Origin: Octopus vulgaris
Taxonomy: Eukaryota
DNA: 64,000 nucleotides
Assembly: GCA_951406725.2 (NCBI GenBank)
Contig: OX597822.1
Span: forward strand, 2,542,001 to 2,606,000
Reading direction: 5' to 3'
Of the stretch, positions 29,095-43,271 are shown piece by piece; position 1 is the first letter of the stretch, and every line of letters starts with the position of its first letter. Both the position numbers and the translations under genes were made by a program. A model generated the notes under the pieces. That model ran no database searches and was not told where the DNA came from. It saw only the letters and a program-made list of their open reading frames with translations.

Positions 29095-29097
<3 letters not shown>
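28665..29097. mobile_element. Rearranged SINE family 1 pieces (minus tail, plus head, minus head)
   Basis: Tail 28665-28895 (-), head 28906-29022 (+), inverted head remnant 29026-29097 (-). Confidence 0.75.
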
Positions 29098-29143
<46 letters not shown>

Positions 29144-29558
29144 TCAAACTAATACACCCGTTTGCTGTTCCCTCACCTGGTTCGTCTTTTATTTATATAT
29201 ATATATATATATAGTTCAAATATACAGAAAATATATTCGAGACCAAAGCGTATGTACACCACAATATCTATATAAAAAAGGAATACAAAAAAACGCAAAA
29301 CATCAAGACAGCTAGAGACAAGAAAAAACATGGACGGGTCATTCGAAGTTTTCTTTCCTCAGTCAATTATCTTTGAAATTTCGGCTGGTTATACTTGAGA
29401 TTGCTCCAATCTGGCCAGCCCCAAGGAAAAACTAATCTAAGAGCACTAGATTCCTTGGAAGAAAGCAGCGAATGTATACGAAGACAAGGACGGAAGAAAA
29501 CGGAGAAATGGTACACAAATACAAATGCAAATAACAGGACATAACACATTCATACATA

Positions 29559-29626
<68 letters not shown>

Positions 29627-29650
29627 CAGAGAGAGAGAGAGAGAGAGAGA

Positions 29651-29812
29651 TCCCGTCTTTGGATTTTTCCTTTTCCTATGTTTCAGACGAAGAGCTCCGC
29701 TCGAAGCGTTAAACCCTCCTTCTTTCCTTCTTTCCTGAGTGTCCAATAATACTATACTTGTTCCACGTCCTCGCGTTGTTGTGTTTTTTTGTGCTTTCTT
29801 ATTTGGATTAAC

Positions 29813-29813
<1 letters not shown>
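29651..29813 (+). mobile_element. Short hammerhead-bearing repeat (family H-A), degenerate copy
   Basis: Same family as 40331-40517 and 44265-44457. Motif gttt-cagacga-a-gagc(tcc)gctc-gaagc-gtt-aaac at 29680-29714. Confidence 0.75.
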
Positions 29814-29844
<31 letters not shown>

Positions 29845-30119
29845 CGTGTGTGTGTGTGTGTGTGTGTCTGTATGTGTGTGAGTGTGTGTGTGTATGTGTG
29901 TGTGTGTGTGTGTACACATAGAAAAGATGTTTGGTTATGGAAATCAGCTGACCCCTAGACACAAATGCAGTTAGAAAAAAAGATACATACCGACCCCTCT
30001 GTAGCAAATTATGACTGAACTTGGGATCCTGTGGAGAGAACGCAACTCCTTAATTCATATGTTACAAGGGATCATGATATGTGTGACTAAAAATTTAGAA
30101 TATGATATTGTTTTCAAAT

Positions 30120-30404
30120 TGTGGGGGTGGGGGTGTTTGTGTATGTTTGTGTGTCTGTGTTTGCCCTCCCACCCCAACATCGCTTGACAACAGATGCTGG
30201 TGTATTTACGCCTCAGTAACTTAGCGGTTCGGCAAAAGAGACCCGACGGAATAAGTACTAGGCTTACAAAGAATAAGTCCTGGGGTCGATTTGCTCGACT
30301 AAAGGTGATGCTCTAGCATGGCCACAGCCAAATAACTGAAACAAGTAAAAGATTAATACAGTTAACACTTTAGCAATGTTAGATTTAATATGCACAGACA
30401 TACA
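30120..30404 (+). repeat. Apparently identical direct duplicate of 30940-31224 (SINE 3' half plus flank)
   Basis: 285 bp at offset 820, with no differences seen. Confidence 0.9.
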
Positions 30405-30744
30405 TTCCAAATGTGCTTTGTATCTGTCAGGAACCAGCGCCTTCTTCAGATAATGATTTTAAATGACTAAATACAGAAAAGACATACATAAATAGATATA
30501 TACATACACACATACATACATGGTGGCAGCCCCCCCCCCCTGTTATCGAGTATGGCCATTGTGTGGCCGCGTGCAACATACATGTGTACATAGATAACTT
30601 ACTTGATTAAATTCACGCTGATCCTCGCAGCTGCGTTCTCCGAATGAAGTTGTATACTGAGGATATTGTTGATGCGCTTGTAGTTGGCAGCATAAGATCA
30701 TAGGAATGAAGATTTTTTTAAAGCGATATCATCTTCATCAAGAC

Positions 30745-31171
30745 AGGCGTAGGAGTGGCTGTGTGGTAAGTAGCTTGCTTACCAACCACATAGTCCTGGG
30801 TTCAGTAGAACTGCGTGGCACCTTGGGCAACTGTCTTCTACTATTGCCTCGGGCCGACCAAAGCCTTGTGAGTGGTTTGGTAGACGGAAACTGAAAGAAG
30901 CCCGTCGTATATTTATATATGTGTGTGTTGGTGTATGGGTGTGGGGGTGGGGGTGTTTGTGTATGTTTGTGTGTCTGTGTTTGCCCTCCCACCCCAACAT
31001 CGCTTGACAACAGATGCTGGTGTATTTACGCCTCAGTAACTTAGCGGTTCGGCAAAAGAGACCCGACGGAATAAGTACTAGGCTTACAAAGAATAAGTCC
31101 TGGGGTCGATTTGCTCGACTAAAGGTGATGCTCTAGCATGGCCACAGCCAAATAACTGAAACAAGTAAAAG
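30745..31171 (+). mobile_element. SINE family 1, full length
   Basis: aggagtggctgtgtggtaag through ctgaaacaagtaaaag. Confidence 0.9.
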
Positions 31172-31347
31172 ATTAATACAGTTAACACTTTAGCAATGTT
31201 AGATTTAATATGCACAGACATACAATAATCCCTCGCCATATCCCGGTTCACCTATAACAGTTTATTATTTAAGATTACGTCGATTTCTCCGTGGTGTTGT
31301 TTTGCATTTATAAAACCAAATATCTGTGTGTATTCATACATACATAC

Positions 31348-31903
31348 ATGGTGGCTGCCCCCTCGTTATCGAGTATGGCCATTGCATGAAGCTGAATCAA
31401 TGTTGTTATCGTGCAATGCCTGTGCAAGAAATTTCTTTTTTTAAAGTGAGGAAAGGCTGTGCACTGAGTCAATCCCACTCACTAAGCAACAGCAGCCATA
31501 ATCCGAAAAGAAGAACAAGTCAACATCATCGGTAACCACTGAGCCGCAGGTTTTATGTCGGAGTTATCCCAGTGACCTGAGTTACCTTCTCCTAGAAGGA
31601 TGCCCTAACAAAGGCTAGGAGTCCTTCACTCCAAATGGTTTAACCGCGTGATCGGGTATTCAGTCCGATTATTTCTATGTCCCCGCGCATGATACAGCCT
31701 TAAGACATTTATTGGATGGCCGTTGACTCTCAAGAATTCCTTCGCTCTTTGACGGGTTTTGTTTTTCATCCCGCAAGGTGTCCAATAAACACCCTCTTCA
31801 CCAAGCGAGCTTGGTGGGGTTACCGGTTCAGTCGCCGACGACCCGACGATGCAACAGGTTGTACTGGGTCACATGTTACCAGTAGCACTCGAAAGTGACC
31901 TGA
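31348..31903. mobile_element. Unclassified interspersed repeat, possibly RTE-related
   Basis: GC-richer block bounded by microsatellites. The motif ccttctcctagaaggatgcc resembles RTE-related non-autonomous elements. No ORF support. Confidence 0.3.
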
Positions 31904-32192
31904 CATAATACATACACACATAAATATCTTATATTCATCAGTGACTGTCAGAATCAATAACTGCTGCAAACAGAAATGCTTGTTGTAAAGCTTTTCTTTT
32001 GGTAATCTTCTCTTAGCAGCCAGATTGTCCTGTCTTTCACTCTTCTCTCCAAAATCGTTAAAATTAATAGACGACTACGAACGCCTAAAACCATTAAAGG
32101 CGATACCCAGCATGGCTGCCCTCTAATGACTGCAACAAGTAAGACACATATGTACAAACATTTGAATGAATGTGGGTGTGTATGTATGTATG

Positions 32193-32233
<41 letters not shown>

Positions 32234-32612
32234 ATATATATATGTGTGTATATATTGTAGCAGAATCTTGTGTGGCCGCGTGCAACATCCTTGTGTGCAT
32301 AGATAACTTACTTGATTAAATTCACGCTGCAGTTTCATGCAGCTAATTGAAAAGATACAGACGAACATCAGTCGAAATGAACTCGAGGTCATATCAGGTG
32401 TGACGTCAGGCTGACGTGTCGCGTAGCCATCGGCAATGCAGTACATTGTCAGCTTATTATCTCTCTCTCTCTCTCTATCTGTCTATCTCTCTCTTGCTCT
32501 TTGTATTTATATATATGTGCGTGTGTGTGTATGTGTGTGTATCATATAAGAATGTAAGCATGTATAGACAGACAGACAGATAGATAAATAGATAGATAGA
32601 TAGATAGATAGA

Positions 32613-33106
32613 TATGTTTCTTTATTAGCCACACAGGGCTGCACACAGATAGAACAAATTACAAGGTAGATCTTTTCTTTTGGGGGTAAAAAAAAAAGAG
32701 AGTGGTGGTTTTCGATCAAAAGGGATCGTAAAAGGAAAGAAAAAGGACAAAAAAAGGGAGGGTTAAAAAAAAAAGGGGGGGAGAGAAAAAAAATAATAGG
32801 GATCGTTATCACAGAAATGTCAATATGAAGTGCAAAGGGGAGGACAGGTGAGGTTTACCCGTGGAAAGAAAAGCCTACGGAAAAGACCACGGTAACCTCG
32901 GTCAATGAAGTCACATGTTATATTTCTTTTTTTTTTTTTTTGCAAATAAGCAACTCTCTGTATTAATTTTTATGGTTCATAGAATCATAGTCAAGGTGGC
33001 TTCGTCATTCATACGTGCCATCCTTGCTACATTCACCCATCTTTTTAAAACATTCACTAGACAAAACTTGCCTCTCTACTCTCACTTTCCTCTTCAAGTG
33101 ATACTT
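32613..33106 (-). mobile_element. Tx1/L1-like LINE 3' end (variant A)
   Basis: Reverse complement of about 58627-59136. The 3' end abuts (GATA)n. Confidence 0.9.
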
Positions 33107-33121
33107 AGATAGATAGATGAA

Positions 33122-33329
33122 TATGTTTCTTTATTAGCCACACAGGGCTGCACACAGACGGGACAGATTACAACGTAGAGCTTTTCTTTTTGGGGGAGAG
33201 AGAAAAAGAAAGGTGGGTTAGGTTTTCGATCAAAAGGGATCGTAAAAGGGAAAGAAGAAAAAAAAGGAAATAAACGATCAATAGGGATCGTGTATCACAG
33301 TGTCATGGTGTAAAGTGTAAAGGAGGATA

Positions 33330-33330
<1 letters not shown>
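33122..33330 (-). mobile_element. Tx1/L1-like LINE 3' UTR (variant B)
   Basis: Reverse complement of about 59385-59627. Confidence 0.85.
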
Positions 33331-34007
<677 letters not shown>

Positions 34008-34277
34008 GGATGATAGATAAAGATATATGTGTCTGGAGATTTTATAAATGATGATCTTCACTATAAGTTGGGCATCGTGTGATATACTTGGAAAATTTCT
34101 TCGAAACAAAGAAATACATCTTTTAGACTTTCAGTTAAGGCTTGTGTATGTGCGTGTGTATGTGCATGAGCGTGCGAATATATGTGTGTATGTATGTGTG
34201 TGTGTATGTGTGTGTGTGTGTGTGTGTGAAGGTGCGTGGTCTTGTAGTTAAGATGGTGGAGGAATTGTACACCTATT

Positions 34278-34905
34278 TAGTTATCCCTTAACTATCGCAG
34301 GTGTTATGTTCCAAAACACCCCTTGATAGGTGAAAATCCTCAAATTAGAAACAGAACTGTATTTTTATTATTATTTTTATAATTTACTCTTTACTCTTTT
34401 ACTCTTTTACTTGTTTCAGTCATTTGACTGCTGCCATGCTGGAGCACCGCCTTTAGTCGAGCAAATCGACCCCGGAACTTATTCTTTGTAAGCCCATTAC
34501 TTATTCTATCGGTCTCTTTTGCCGAACCGCTAAGTTACGGGGACGTAAACACACCAGCATCGGTTGTCAATCAATGCTAGGGGGACAAACACAGACACAC
34601 AAACACACATATATATATATACATATATACGACAGGCTTCTTTCAGTTTCCATCTACCAAATCCACTGACAAGGCATTGGTCGGCCCGGGGCTATAGCAG
34701 AAGACACTTGCCCAAGATACTACGCAGTGGGACTGAACCTGGAATCATGTGGTTGGTTAGCAAGCTACTTACCACACAGCCACCCCTGCGCCTAATTTGT
34801 ATATATTTATTCCATTATAAATGCAAAACAACACCAGGGAGGAATCGACGTAATCTTAAATAATAAACCGCGATAGTTGAACCGGGATATGGCGAGGGAT
34901 TACTG
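34278..34905. mobile_element. Tigger/pogo-like MITE interrupted by a SINE
   Basis: Right TIR gatatggcgagggattactg|ta, degenerate left TIR tagttatcccttaactatcgc. SINE at 34386-34792 inside. Confidence 0.6.
34386..34792 (-). mobile_element. SINE family 1, full length
   Basis: Complete head and tail. taattt on both sides (possible TSD). Confidence 0.9.
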
Positions 34906-34956
34906 TATGTCTGTGCATATTAAATCTAACATTGTTAAAGTGTTAACTGTATTAAT

Positions 34957-35188
34957 CTTTTACTTGTTTCAGTCATTTGACTGTGGCCATGCTGGAGCAC
35001 CGCCTTTAGTCGAGCAAGTCAACCCCAGGACTTATACTTTGTAAGCCTAGTACTTATTCTGTCGGGGTCTCTTTTGCCGAACCGCTAAGTTACTGAGGCG
35101 TAAATACACCAACATCTGTTGTCAAGCGATGTTGGGGTGGGGTTGGGGGTTACAAACACAGACACACAAACATACACAAACACCCCTC

Positions 35189-35226
<38 letters not shown>

Positions 35227-35388
35227 GACGGGCTTCTTTCAGTTTCCGTCAACCAAACCACTCACAAGGCTTTGGTCGGCCCGTGGCTATAGTAGAAGAC
35301 AGTTGCCCAAGGTGCCACACAGTTTTACTGAACCCGGGACCATGTGGTTGGTAAGCAAGCTACTTACCACACAGCCACTCCTAAGCCT
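34957..35388 (-). mobile_element. SINE family 1, full length, part of an inverted duplication
   Basis: Reverse complement of 30745-31171, including the flanks. Confidence 0.9.
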
Positions 35389-35509
35389 GTCTTGGTGAAG
35401 ATAATATCGCATTAAGAAAATCTTCATTCCTATGATCTTATACTGCCAACAACAAGCGCATCAACAATATCCTCAGCTTACAACTTCATTCGGAGAACAC
35501 AGCTACGAG

Positions 35510-35725
35510 GGTCAGCTGGCAGAGTCGGTGGCGCACCGTGCGAAACGCTCATCAGCATTTACGTCCATCTTTACGTTCTGAGCTAAAATTCCGCGGAGGT
35601 CGACTATACCTTTCATCTTTTTGGGGATCGGTAGAATATGTAGCAGTTAATAACTGGTATAGATGTAATCGTATTACTCCCTACCTCGAAATTGCTAGTC
35701 ATGTACTAAAATGTGAAATCAATGT
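35510..35725 (+). mobile_element. SINE family 2
   Basis: agctggcagagtcg...aaattccgcggaggtcgac...cctttcatc. Confidence 0.75.
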
Positions 35726-36174
35726 TAATTGACACAGGACATCTTTTTTTTTTTAATTCTAAACTCAATATTAACAAGTAACGATGAAAGATGGAAACGG
35801 AATGAAAGGGAGATAACAAGATTGAATTCAAATCCAGGGGTCATTCAAATGCAACAAACGTATTTGAATAAATAGCAATTTCCTTTCTATGTGTATCGTA
35901 TGCACCGACAAACACACACACGCACACACACACACACACACATGGACAGACACACACAGATACACACACACACACACACACACATAACCAGACACACACT
36001 CACACGCACACACACACACACATACACAGACACACACACACACCCATACAGAGTTTTGTGCTTTTTCATCTTCATTTGTTCTGTACTACTACTTTTTGGG
36101 GATTAATAGCGGTGCATACACACACACTCACACACGCACACATATACGTACATACATATATGCGTGTACATATA

Positions 36175-36225
<51 letters not shown>

Positions 36226-36440
36226 TTGTTAATCTGAAACTTTGTGTTAAAGGCCTGCGAAATCTTCAGTCTCATGGTATTGAATGAAACTATGTAAAAT
36301 AACGGAGATTTACTTGCATAGCAAGTGATTTGATCTGAGATCGTGTGCTTGAAACGAAAACAATTGCAGCGTGGAAGGTGCTTGTAAGCCATTTAAGAAA
36401 CACACAAAACCGTTCGATTCACTTCAACATTTAAGTTTAA

Positions 36441-36491
36441 TTTGTCAAAATATTTTCGTCGCTTTAAGACCGCGACCTGTTCACTGACAAA
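36441..36491 (-). ncRNA. Hammerhead-fold motif with variant core GUGAACA
   Basis: Reverse complement: TTTGTCA-GTGAACA-g-GTCGC(ggtcttaaa)GCGAC-GAAA-ATAT-TT-TGACAAA. Confidence 0.5.
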
Positions 36492-36626
36492 AGTCCGTGC
36501 TGCACGGAAACATTCCTTCCCGCGAAAAGCAAATTAAATAAAATTTGAGATTTTTTTGCGGAGGGGTAAAAATGGTATCAAAAACAGGACAGTAACGACA
36601 GTACAAGGAGAATAACAGTAACACAG

Positions 36627-36685
<59 letters not shown>

Positions 36686-36686
36686 C

Positions 36687-36750
<64 letters not shown>

Positions 36751-37139
36751 ATTCACTTCGATCACCTTTTTTAAATTTGTTGCGGTATTAAAAAGGATTA
36801 TCGTACACATTGATGAGATGAATAATCTCTTTAACTCTTGTGTCACTATGACTCGCTGAAGATGAACTAAGAGTTTTTTCTCAAAATTCGAAATTTCATT
36901 GTTAGAGTATGTCTGGCTTTTTCAGTTTTTGATTATTTTCGTTATTCGTACGGTGTTTTAGGATTCTTCATTTTTCCGTTTTCACCTTTGTGTTGAAGTG
37001 AAAATTTATAGTTTTTGTCATACATATAAATGCCTATCCATCCATCCTACTACCCATCCATCCATCCATCCGTCCGTCCGTCCGTTCTCTGTCTGACCGT
37101 CTGTCTGTCTGTCTGTCTATCTGACTGACTGTCTGTCTC

Positions 37140-37210
<71 letters not shown>

Positions 37211-37341
37211 GTCTATCTGTCCTTCCTTTCGTCTGTGTGTCTAGCAATCTATCTATCTACCTATCTACCTATCTATGTATCTATCTATCTATTTATGTAT
37301 GTATGTATGTATGTATGTATGTATGTATGTATGTATGTATG

Positions 37342-37373
<32 letters not shown>

Positions 37374-38238
37374 AACATATGCCTGTATGGTTGTGTGTAT
37401 CCGTTTGCGTGTGTGTATGTATGTGCGTGTGTGCGTGCGTGTGTGAATTGAAACTCGAGATGTAACACAGGAATATGAAATTACAATTTTTTTTTACCTT
37501 TTCCTTAGAACTTCAGCTCAAAATGCCGCTAATGGTTGGTTAACAGTACCAACAATAATATACATATACCCATGCACACACACACACTTGAACACACATT
37601 CATAGGATACATATACGCTCCTACATAAACACGCATACGCACAGAGAAACCCTTTGACGTCATGCTAAGGATATCATTATTTCGCTATTTTCATTTGTTA
37701 CAGCATGCCACCATTTTCAAAGCCCAGTAACGTGTAGATAATATCCGTCAGTGTAAATAGATCCAAACATTTAGAAACAACAGATATTTTCAGACTCTAC
37801 ATGAAGACAAAACGATGCAACGCTGCTAGTTGCGTGACATTTGATACAAGTGTTTTGCTGTGTGGCAGCCAGAAGCGATATAAATATTTTGAACGAAAGA
37901 AACGGAAAACAAATCTGTATGAATGAAGTTGAGCAAATTAGGAGTAGAGAGTTTCTTAAGAAGGGTAAGGGAAGAATGGAACAAATTAAGGTTTATTGTA
38001 TAGTCGATTATAACAGACAACAATATTTAAAGTGTACTAATTCTGACGATTAGGGACGCCTGAGGGGAAAATTTGTCGGCAGGAGTGAGACCCCATCTCA
38101 GGTCCTAAAGGGATTCTGCAAAGTATTGCAAACGTTCTACTTATTTTGCTAATAGATGGTTTTACCTTCGGTTTCAATGTTATGAATGTCAGAATGTAAA
38201 ACAACGTCAGAACAGCACATGCACGCATGTTTATATGC

Positions 38239-38295
<57 letters not shown>

Positions 38296-38329
38296 TGCAC
38301 ACAAATGCACATATAGACATACATTCGCA

Positions 38330-38782
38330 GGATCTTTTCGGTTTGAACGGCAGTTTTTAAAAATAATTTCCACGTAACTAAACACTTTTAATCTTCGTAT
38401 ACTGGTAGAATGTGTTTATAAAACATCTTTTTCTCTTGGCTTTCTTGAGAAAATTCTATAGTTTGTAAGATATTTGTTGTTATTTTCTTCTTCAATTTCT
38501 GCAATTTCAACCAATCAATGACGTCTATTGAGGTGAAAACATTCTGTGCCGTATGAATATGTCGCTCGTTTAAGAGACACATTGGGTTTATTTACATTTC
38601 TGAAGAAAAAAGATACCCTTCTCCCGCCCCTAACCCTAACCCTAACCCTAACTAACCCTAACTCTAACTCTAAACCTAAAACAGATTGAAATGCAATAGA
38701 TCGATACTAGGGTCATTATTATGGGTGACAATTTCATATGACACCGCTACAAAAAAAACTGCCGGTCAAACCGAAAAGATCC
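38330..38782. mobile_element. Merlin-like MITE, copy 2
   Basis: Same TIRs as 15802-16235. Perfect 8-bp TSD cattcgca (38322-38329, 38783-38790). (CCCTAA)n at about 38628-38678. Confidence 0.92.
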
Positions 38783-39025
38783 CATTCGCACTCATACACC
38801 CGCAAGATCATGTAAACATATAAAAATGTGCTTGATCATCAAACTGTCGTCTTCGCAAATTAAGTAAGAAGAGTCCATCATCAAATCTGCACATATCTAT
38901 TGTATATACTGAGTATGAGTACTTCATCCAAACATTCATACATAAATAGACATATATATGTGTGTGAGTATGTGTGTTTGTGTGTCTGTGTCTGTGTGTA
39001 TGTATGTGCATATATATACACATAT

Positions 39026-39066
<41 letters not shown>

Positions 39067-39360
39067 TAGATAGATAGATATAGATAGATAGATAGATAGA
39101 TAACGCATTTGAGAACATACACTAAGTTCTTCGAAGCACAGGCGAAGTGATTTTTATGGTAAAAGTTTGACCTGACTTAAATTTGTATGTTGAGCCCTCT
39201 AAGAGGACGATGCAAGTTCCGCAGTTAGGGCGGTTGCAAATTTTGACTAGTGGCTTGCATTTTTGATGGGAAATTAGGCGCTGGTGAATAATTTTTTAGG
39301 GACTGCAGTTGTCTATTGCTTTTAATTATCCTGTGTTTAATAAATATAGATTGTTTTGAA

Positions 39361-39499
39361 CATTTAAACTTGTCAACATCGAAAATTTTTTAAATGTTTT
39401 TCTAATTTATAATTCTAAATTTGTCTGTAATGATCATTTAAACTTGTCAACATTGAAACATTTAAAGATGTTTTTATCTAATTTATAATTCTAAATTTT
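39361..39499. repeat. Tandem duplication, about 74-bp period x2
   Basis: catttaaacttgtcaacat...ctaatttataattctaaattt occurs twice. Confidence 0.8.
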
Positions 39500-39710
39500 A
39501 ACCATTAATAAAAAAAGAATATTGCTGAAACAAGTTTGGTATATATATAAATTAATTTATTTTAATCAATTACAAGTTCTTGAAATTTAGGTGCATTTTC
39601 AACAACAACTTTCCTGCGTGAAAATCCAACCCTCTTTTGTTTTATATATATACTAATATAATTCAGTTAGAGGCTATGTTAGCCCTTTGAAGGGATGGTG
39701 CTATCCAAGG

Positions 39711-39747
<37 letters not shown>

Positions 39748-39787
39748 TGAATGTATGTATCGTAGTATTAATATATATGTATATATG

Positions 39788-39856
<69 letters not shown>

Positions 39857-39947
39857 ACACATATATACATAAAGGCAATCAGATAGATAGATAAATGCAC
39901 ACATGTATACGAGAGTTTATACATGCATGTTTTCCTATACAGACAGG

Positions 39948-40023
<76 letters not shown>

Positions 40024-40025
<2 letters not shown>

Positions 40026-40313
40026 GAGGCGCAATGGCCTAGTGGTTAGGGCAGCGGACTCGCGGTCGTAGGATCGCGGTTTCGATTCCTAGACCGGGTG
40101 TTGTGAGTGTTTATTAAGCGAAAACACCTAAAAGCTCCACGAAGCTCCGGCAGGGGGTGGTGATCCCTGCTGTACTCTTTCACCACTCTTTCTCTCACTC
40201 TTTCTTCTGTTGGCCTGCTCGCTTAGCCATTCGAAGGCTAAAACAATGCGACCGCATTGTGATCAGCGATGTGTAGCAACATCTGATGGTCTGGTCGGTC
40301 ACGTGATCACGGG
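40024..40313 (+). mobile_element. tRNA-derived SINE, family 3
   Basis: A box TGGCCTAGTGG, B box GTTTCGATTCC, tail ggtcacgtgatcacg. Inserted in (TA)n. Confidence 0.85.
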
Positions 40314-40330
40314 ATATATATATATATAAA

Positions 40331-40514
40331 GTTAATCCAAACAAGAAAGCACAAAAAAACACAACAACGCGAGGACGTGGAACAAATATAGTATTATTGG
40401 AAAGAAGGAGGGTCTAACGTTTCGAGCGAAGCTCTTCGTCGGAAACATAGGAGAAGAAAAGATCCAGAGAAGGGAAGACAGAGGAAAAAAATCGCCAACG
40501 GTACACGAGGTCAC

Positions 40515-40517
<3 letters not shown>
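40331..40517 (-). mobile_element. Short hammerhead-bearing repeat (family H-A)
   Basis: Reverse-complement motif GTTT-CCGACGA-a-GAGC(ttc)GCTC-GAAAC-GTT-AGAC at 40412-40446. Flanked by (TA)n. Confidence 0.75.
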
Positions 40518-40557
<40 letters not shown>

Positions 40558-41037
40558 CACACACAAACATCACACATATATACGTAGATATGTAGCTATA
40601 TATATGTGCCTTTTGCGCGTGTTTGTGATTGGATTTCGGCGTATATAAAGTAACAGTATCTTAAAGAGCGTCGACCTAGAAGTCTCTCAATATATCTATG
40701 ACAGGTGACATTACAGATGAAAAGCTTTTCCAGACATGAATTTATGTCTATAATAGAATCGATTATGTTTCGGAAAGATTTCATTCCGATTTCATAAAAC
40801 TCGCGAGAAAAACATGAAAGAACGAGCGACATATTTCTCAGTTAATAATTCTGTCTCGACATTCTTCATTAATCTGTAAGTCTATCCGTATTTGTAAATG
40901 TATGCATGACAATGAACTCACCTATGTGCATAGTTATAAGTGTGGTCATATGTGTATATGTGTGAGTTTCTCCGCGAGAAATATGTATGTATGTATGTAT
41001 GTACGTTTTTATACATCTATGTAATACACGCACATAA

Positions 41038-41069
<32 letters not shown>

Positions 41070-41082
41070 GTATATATATATA

Positions 41083-41320
41083 CCTTCGGAACGCGGAGTA
41101 GATGAAACAGCTGAAGAAGGGGAATGTTCCTTGTGTTGTATGTTTTGTACACTATTTTTTCGTTGCGCCAGAAAAATGTCCATTTCCGTGGTTTTGTTTT
41201 TATGTTTTCGTTGTATTCGACGTTCTTTTGGTGTCCTGTACCCATATATGCATGTATATATACATGTAGAGGTAGGTACGTACATATATGTATGTATATA
41301 GGCATATGTTTTATATATTA
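41083..41320 (+). mobile_element. Family R833-related 3' fragment
   Basis: gtagatgaaac..ctgaagaagggga...catgtagaggtaggtacgtacatat. Confidence 0.75.
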
Positions 41321-41389
41321 TTTTGTTATTATATATATATATATATGTATATAAATAAATATACATATATATATATATATAGTTATATA

Positions 41390-41420
<31 letters not shown>

Positions 41421-41423
41421 CAT

Positions 41424-41454
<31 letters not shown>

Positions 41455-41852
41455 CATATATACATGCATACACAAACAAGTATTGTGTTGTGAACAGGAG
41501 AAACAGAACTCAAAATATGAGCGTATGTATTTTTTTTATTAATACTTAATATTCAATGGCCAAAGATCCAAACTCTCGGCCCTTGAGTCACTCAGTTGTT
41601 TCTGCTAAATATATACATATACATACATATATATTCATATCTATACTATATTTGTGTATGTATATATATATATATGTGCATATGGGTATATGTGTGTGCA
41701 TGCATATGTTTATATATGTATGTATATATATATATATATATATATATACCGGAGTAAACACATAAATGTGAAACAAGGTGGAAAAAAGAGTACTCAAATA
41801 CCAGTGGTAGAGTAATATGCTTTATTTTAAGCAGCAGAAAAGTCAACAAAAT

Positions 41853-41890
41853 CTGTTACTCTGAGTTTCTCGTTGCCGTTCATCAGACAG
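41853..41890 (-). ncRNA. Minimal type I hammerhead ribozyme in a 155-bp insert within (TA)n
   Basis: Reverse complement: CTGT-CTGATGA-aCG(gcaa)CGa-GAAAC-TC-a-GA-GTA-ACAG. Confidence 0.75.
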
Positions 41891-41899
41891 TTTTTGTTA

Positions 41900-41972
<73 letters not shown>

Positions 41973-42054
41973 CGTGTGTATGTATGTATAAGTATACACA
42001 TATTTGCCTGTATATATGTGTGTGTATATATATATACGTATGTATGTGTATGTG

Positions 42055-42113
<59 letters not shown>

Positions 42114-42867
42114 GTGTGTATACTTTTTGTATGTTTATATTTAGTGAAGTAAATATATGACCTCCTACACCTTCCCTTCCAAATCAATATAACAAATACA
42201 TTTCTACCAACAAGCATTCGAAAACCAACCTAATTTTTTTTCTCTCTGCTATCATCTCCTTTTTATCAAAAGACATGTAATTTACACCTCATGAACACCT
42301 CCTCTCTCAGACACACCTAAATTCATCTTTAACAAAGGAAATTATTCAAGCTTTACTTTATGAAATTAAGGTACTTGATTCAGCCATAAAAAAAGAATTT
42401 GAAAAGCATCTGACCATTATATTTTTCACCAAAGGTCAACTATTCAAATGGAACCAGCACGAGGGCATTTCCACAAGCCCTTCATAAAACACTCCTTAAA
42501 CACTGCACCACCTCCCAATTCCACTCTCAATCAATTATCTTTTTCAACCATTCACTATTTCCTTTCAGTCCTTGTTCATCAACACTCCTTCACTCCCACA
42601 CTTATTAACAAACCCCAGTCCCACAACAGACGCACCCATATATCTTATATATAGAATTATGTAACACAACACAACCTGAGGTCAATTTGACAATCGACAC
42701 CGACGATACGAGAAAGTTCTCTTGAAAGAATTAACAAGGAATCTTTAAAAAAATTCTCCCCACCGAAATTAACAAAGGACTTCCTAGATCTACAAACCAA
42801 ACTGTAAAATTATATTATTTAAAACTGAAATTGATTAGAACCACCAGTGACGTCATCGGTTTTCAAA

Positions 42868-43271
42868 TGTGGTAAGTAGTCTGCTTACCAACCACATGGT
42901 CCTGGGTTCAGTCCCACTGCGTGCCACCTTGGGCAATTGTCTTCCACTATAGCGTCGGGCCGACCAAAGCCTTGTGAGTGGATTTGGTAGACGGAAACTG
43001 AAAGAAGCCCGTCGTATATATATATATATATATATATGTATATGTATGTGTGTGTGGGTGTGTATATGTTTGTGAGTCTGTGTTTGTACCCCCAACATCG
43101 CTTGACAACCGATACTGGTGTTTTTACGTCCTCGTAACCTAGCGGCTCGACAAAAGAGACCGATAGACTAAGTACTGGGCTTACAAAGAATAAGTCTTGG
43201 GGTCGATTTCCTCGACTAAAGGCGGTGCTCCAGCATGGCCGCAGCCAAATTACTGAAACAAGTAAAAGAGT
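42868..43271 (+). mobile_element. SINE family 1, near full length
   Basis: tgtggtaagtag...gggttcagtcccactgcgtg...ctgaaacaagtaaaagag. Confidence 0.9.

Noticed and set aside
38628-38678. Telomere or chromosome fusion site
   Set aside because: Short tract internal to a TIR element that is present twice in the window.
40024-40100. Possible tRNA gene
   Set aside because: No proper acceptor stem or terminator. It continues into a SINE body and tail.
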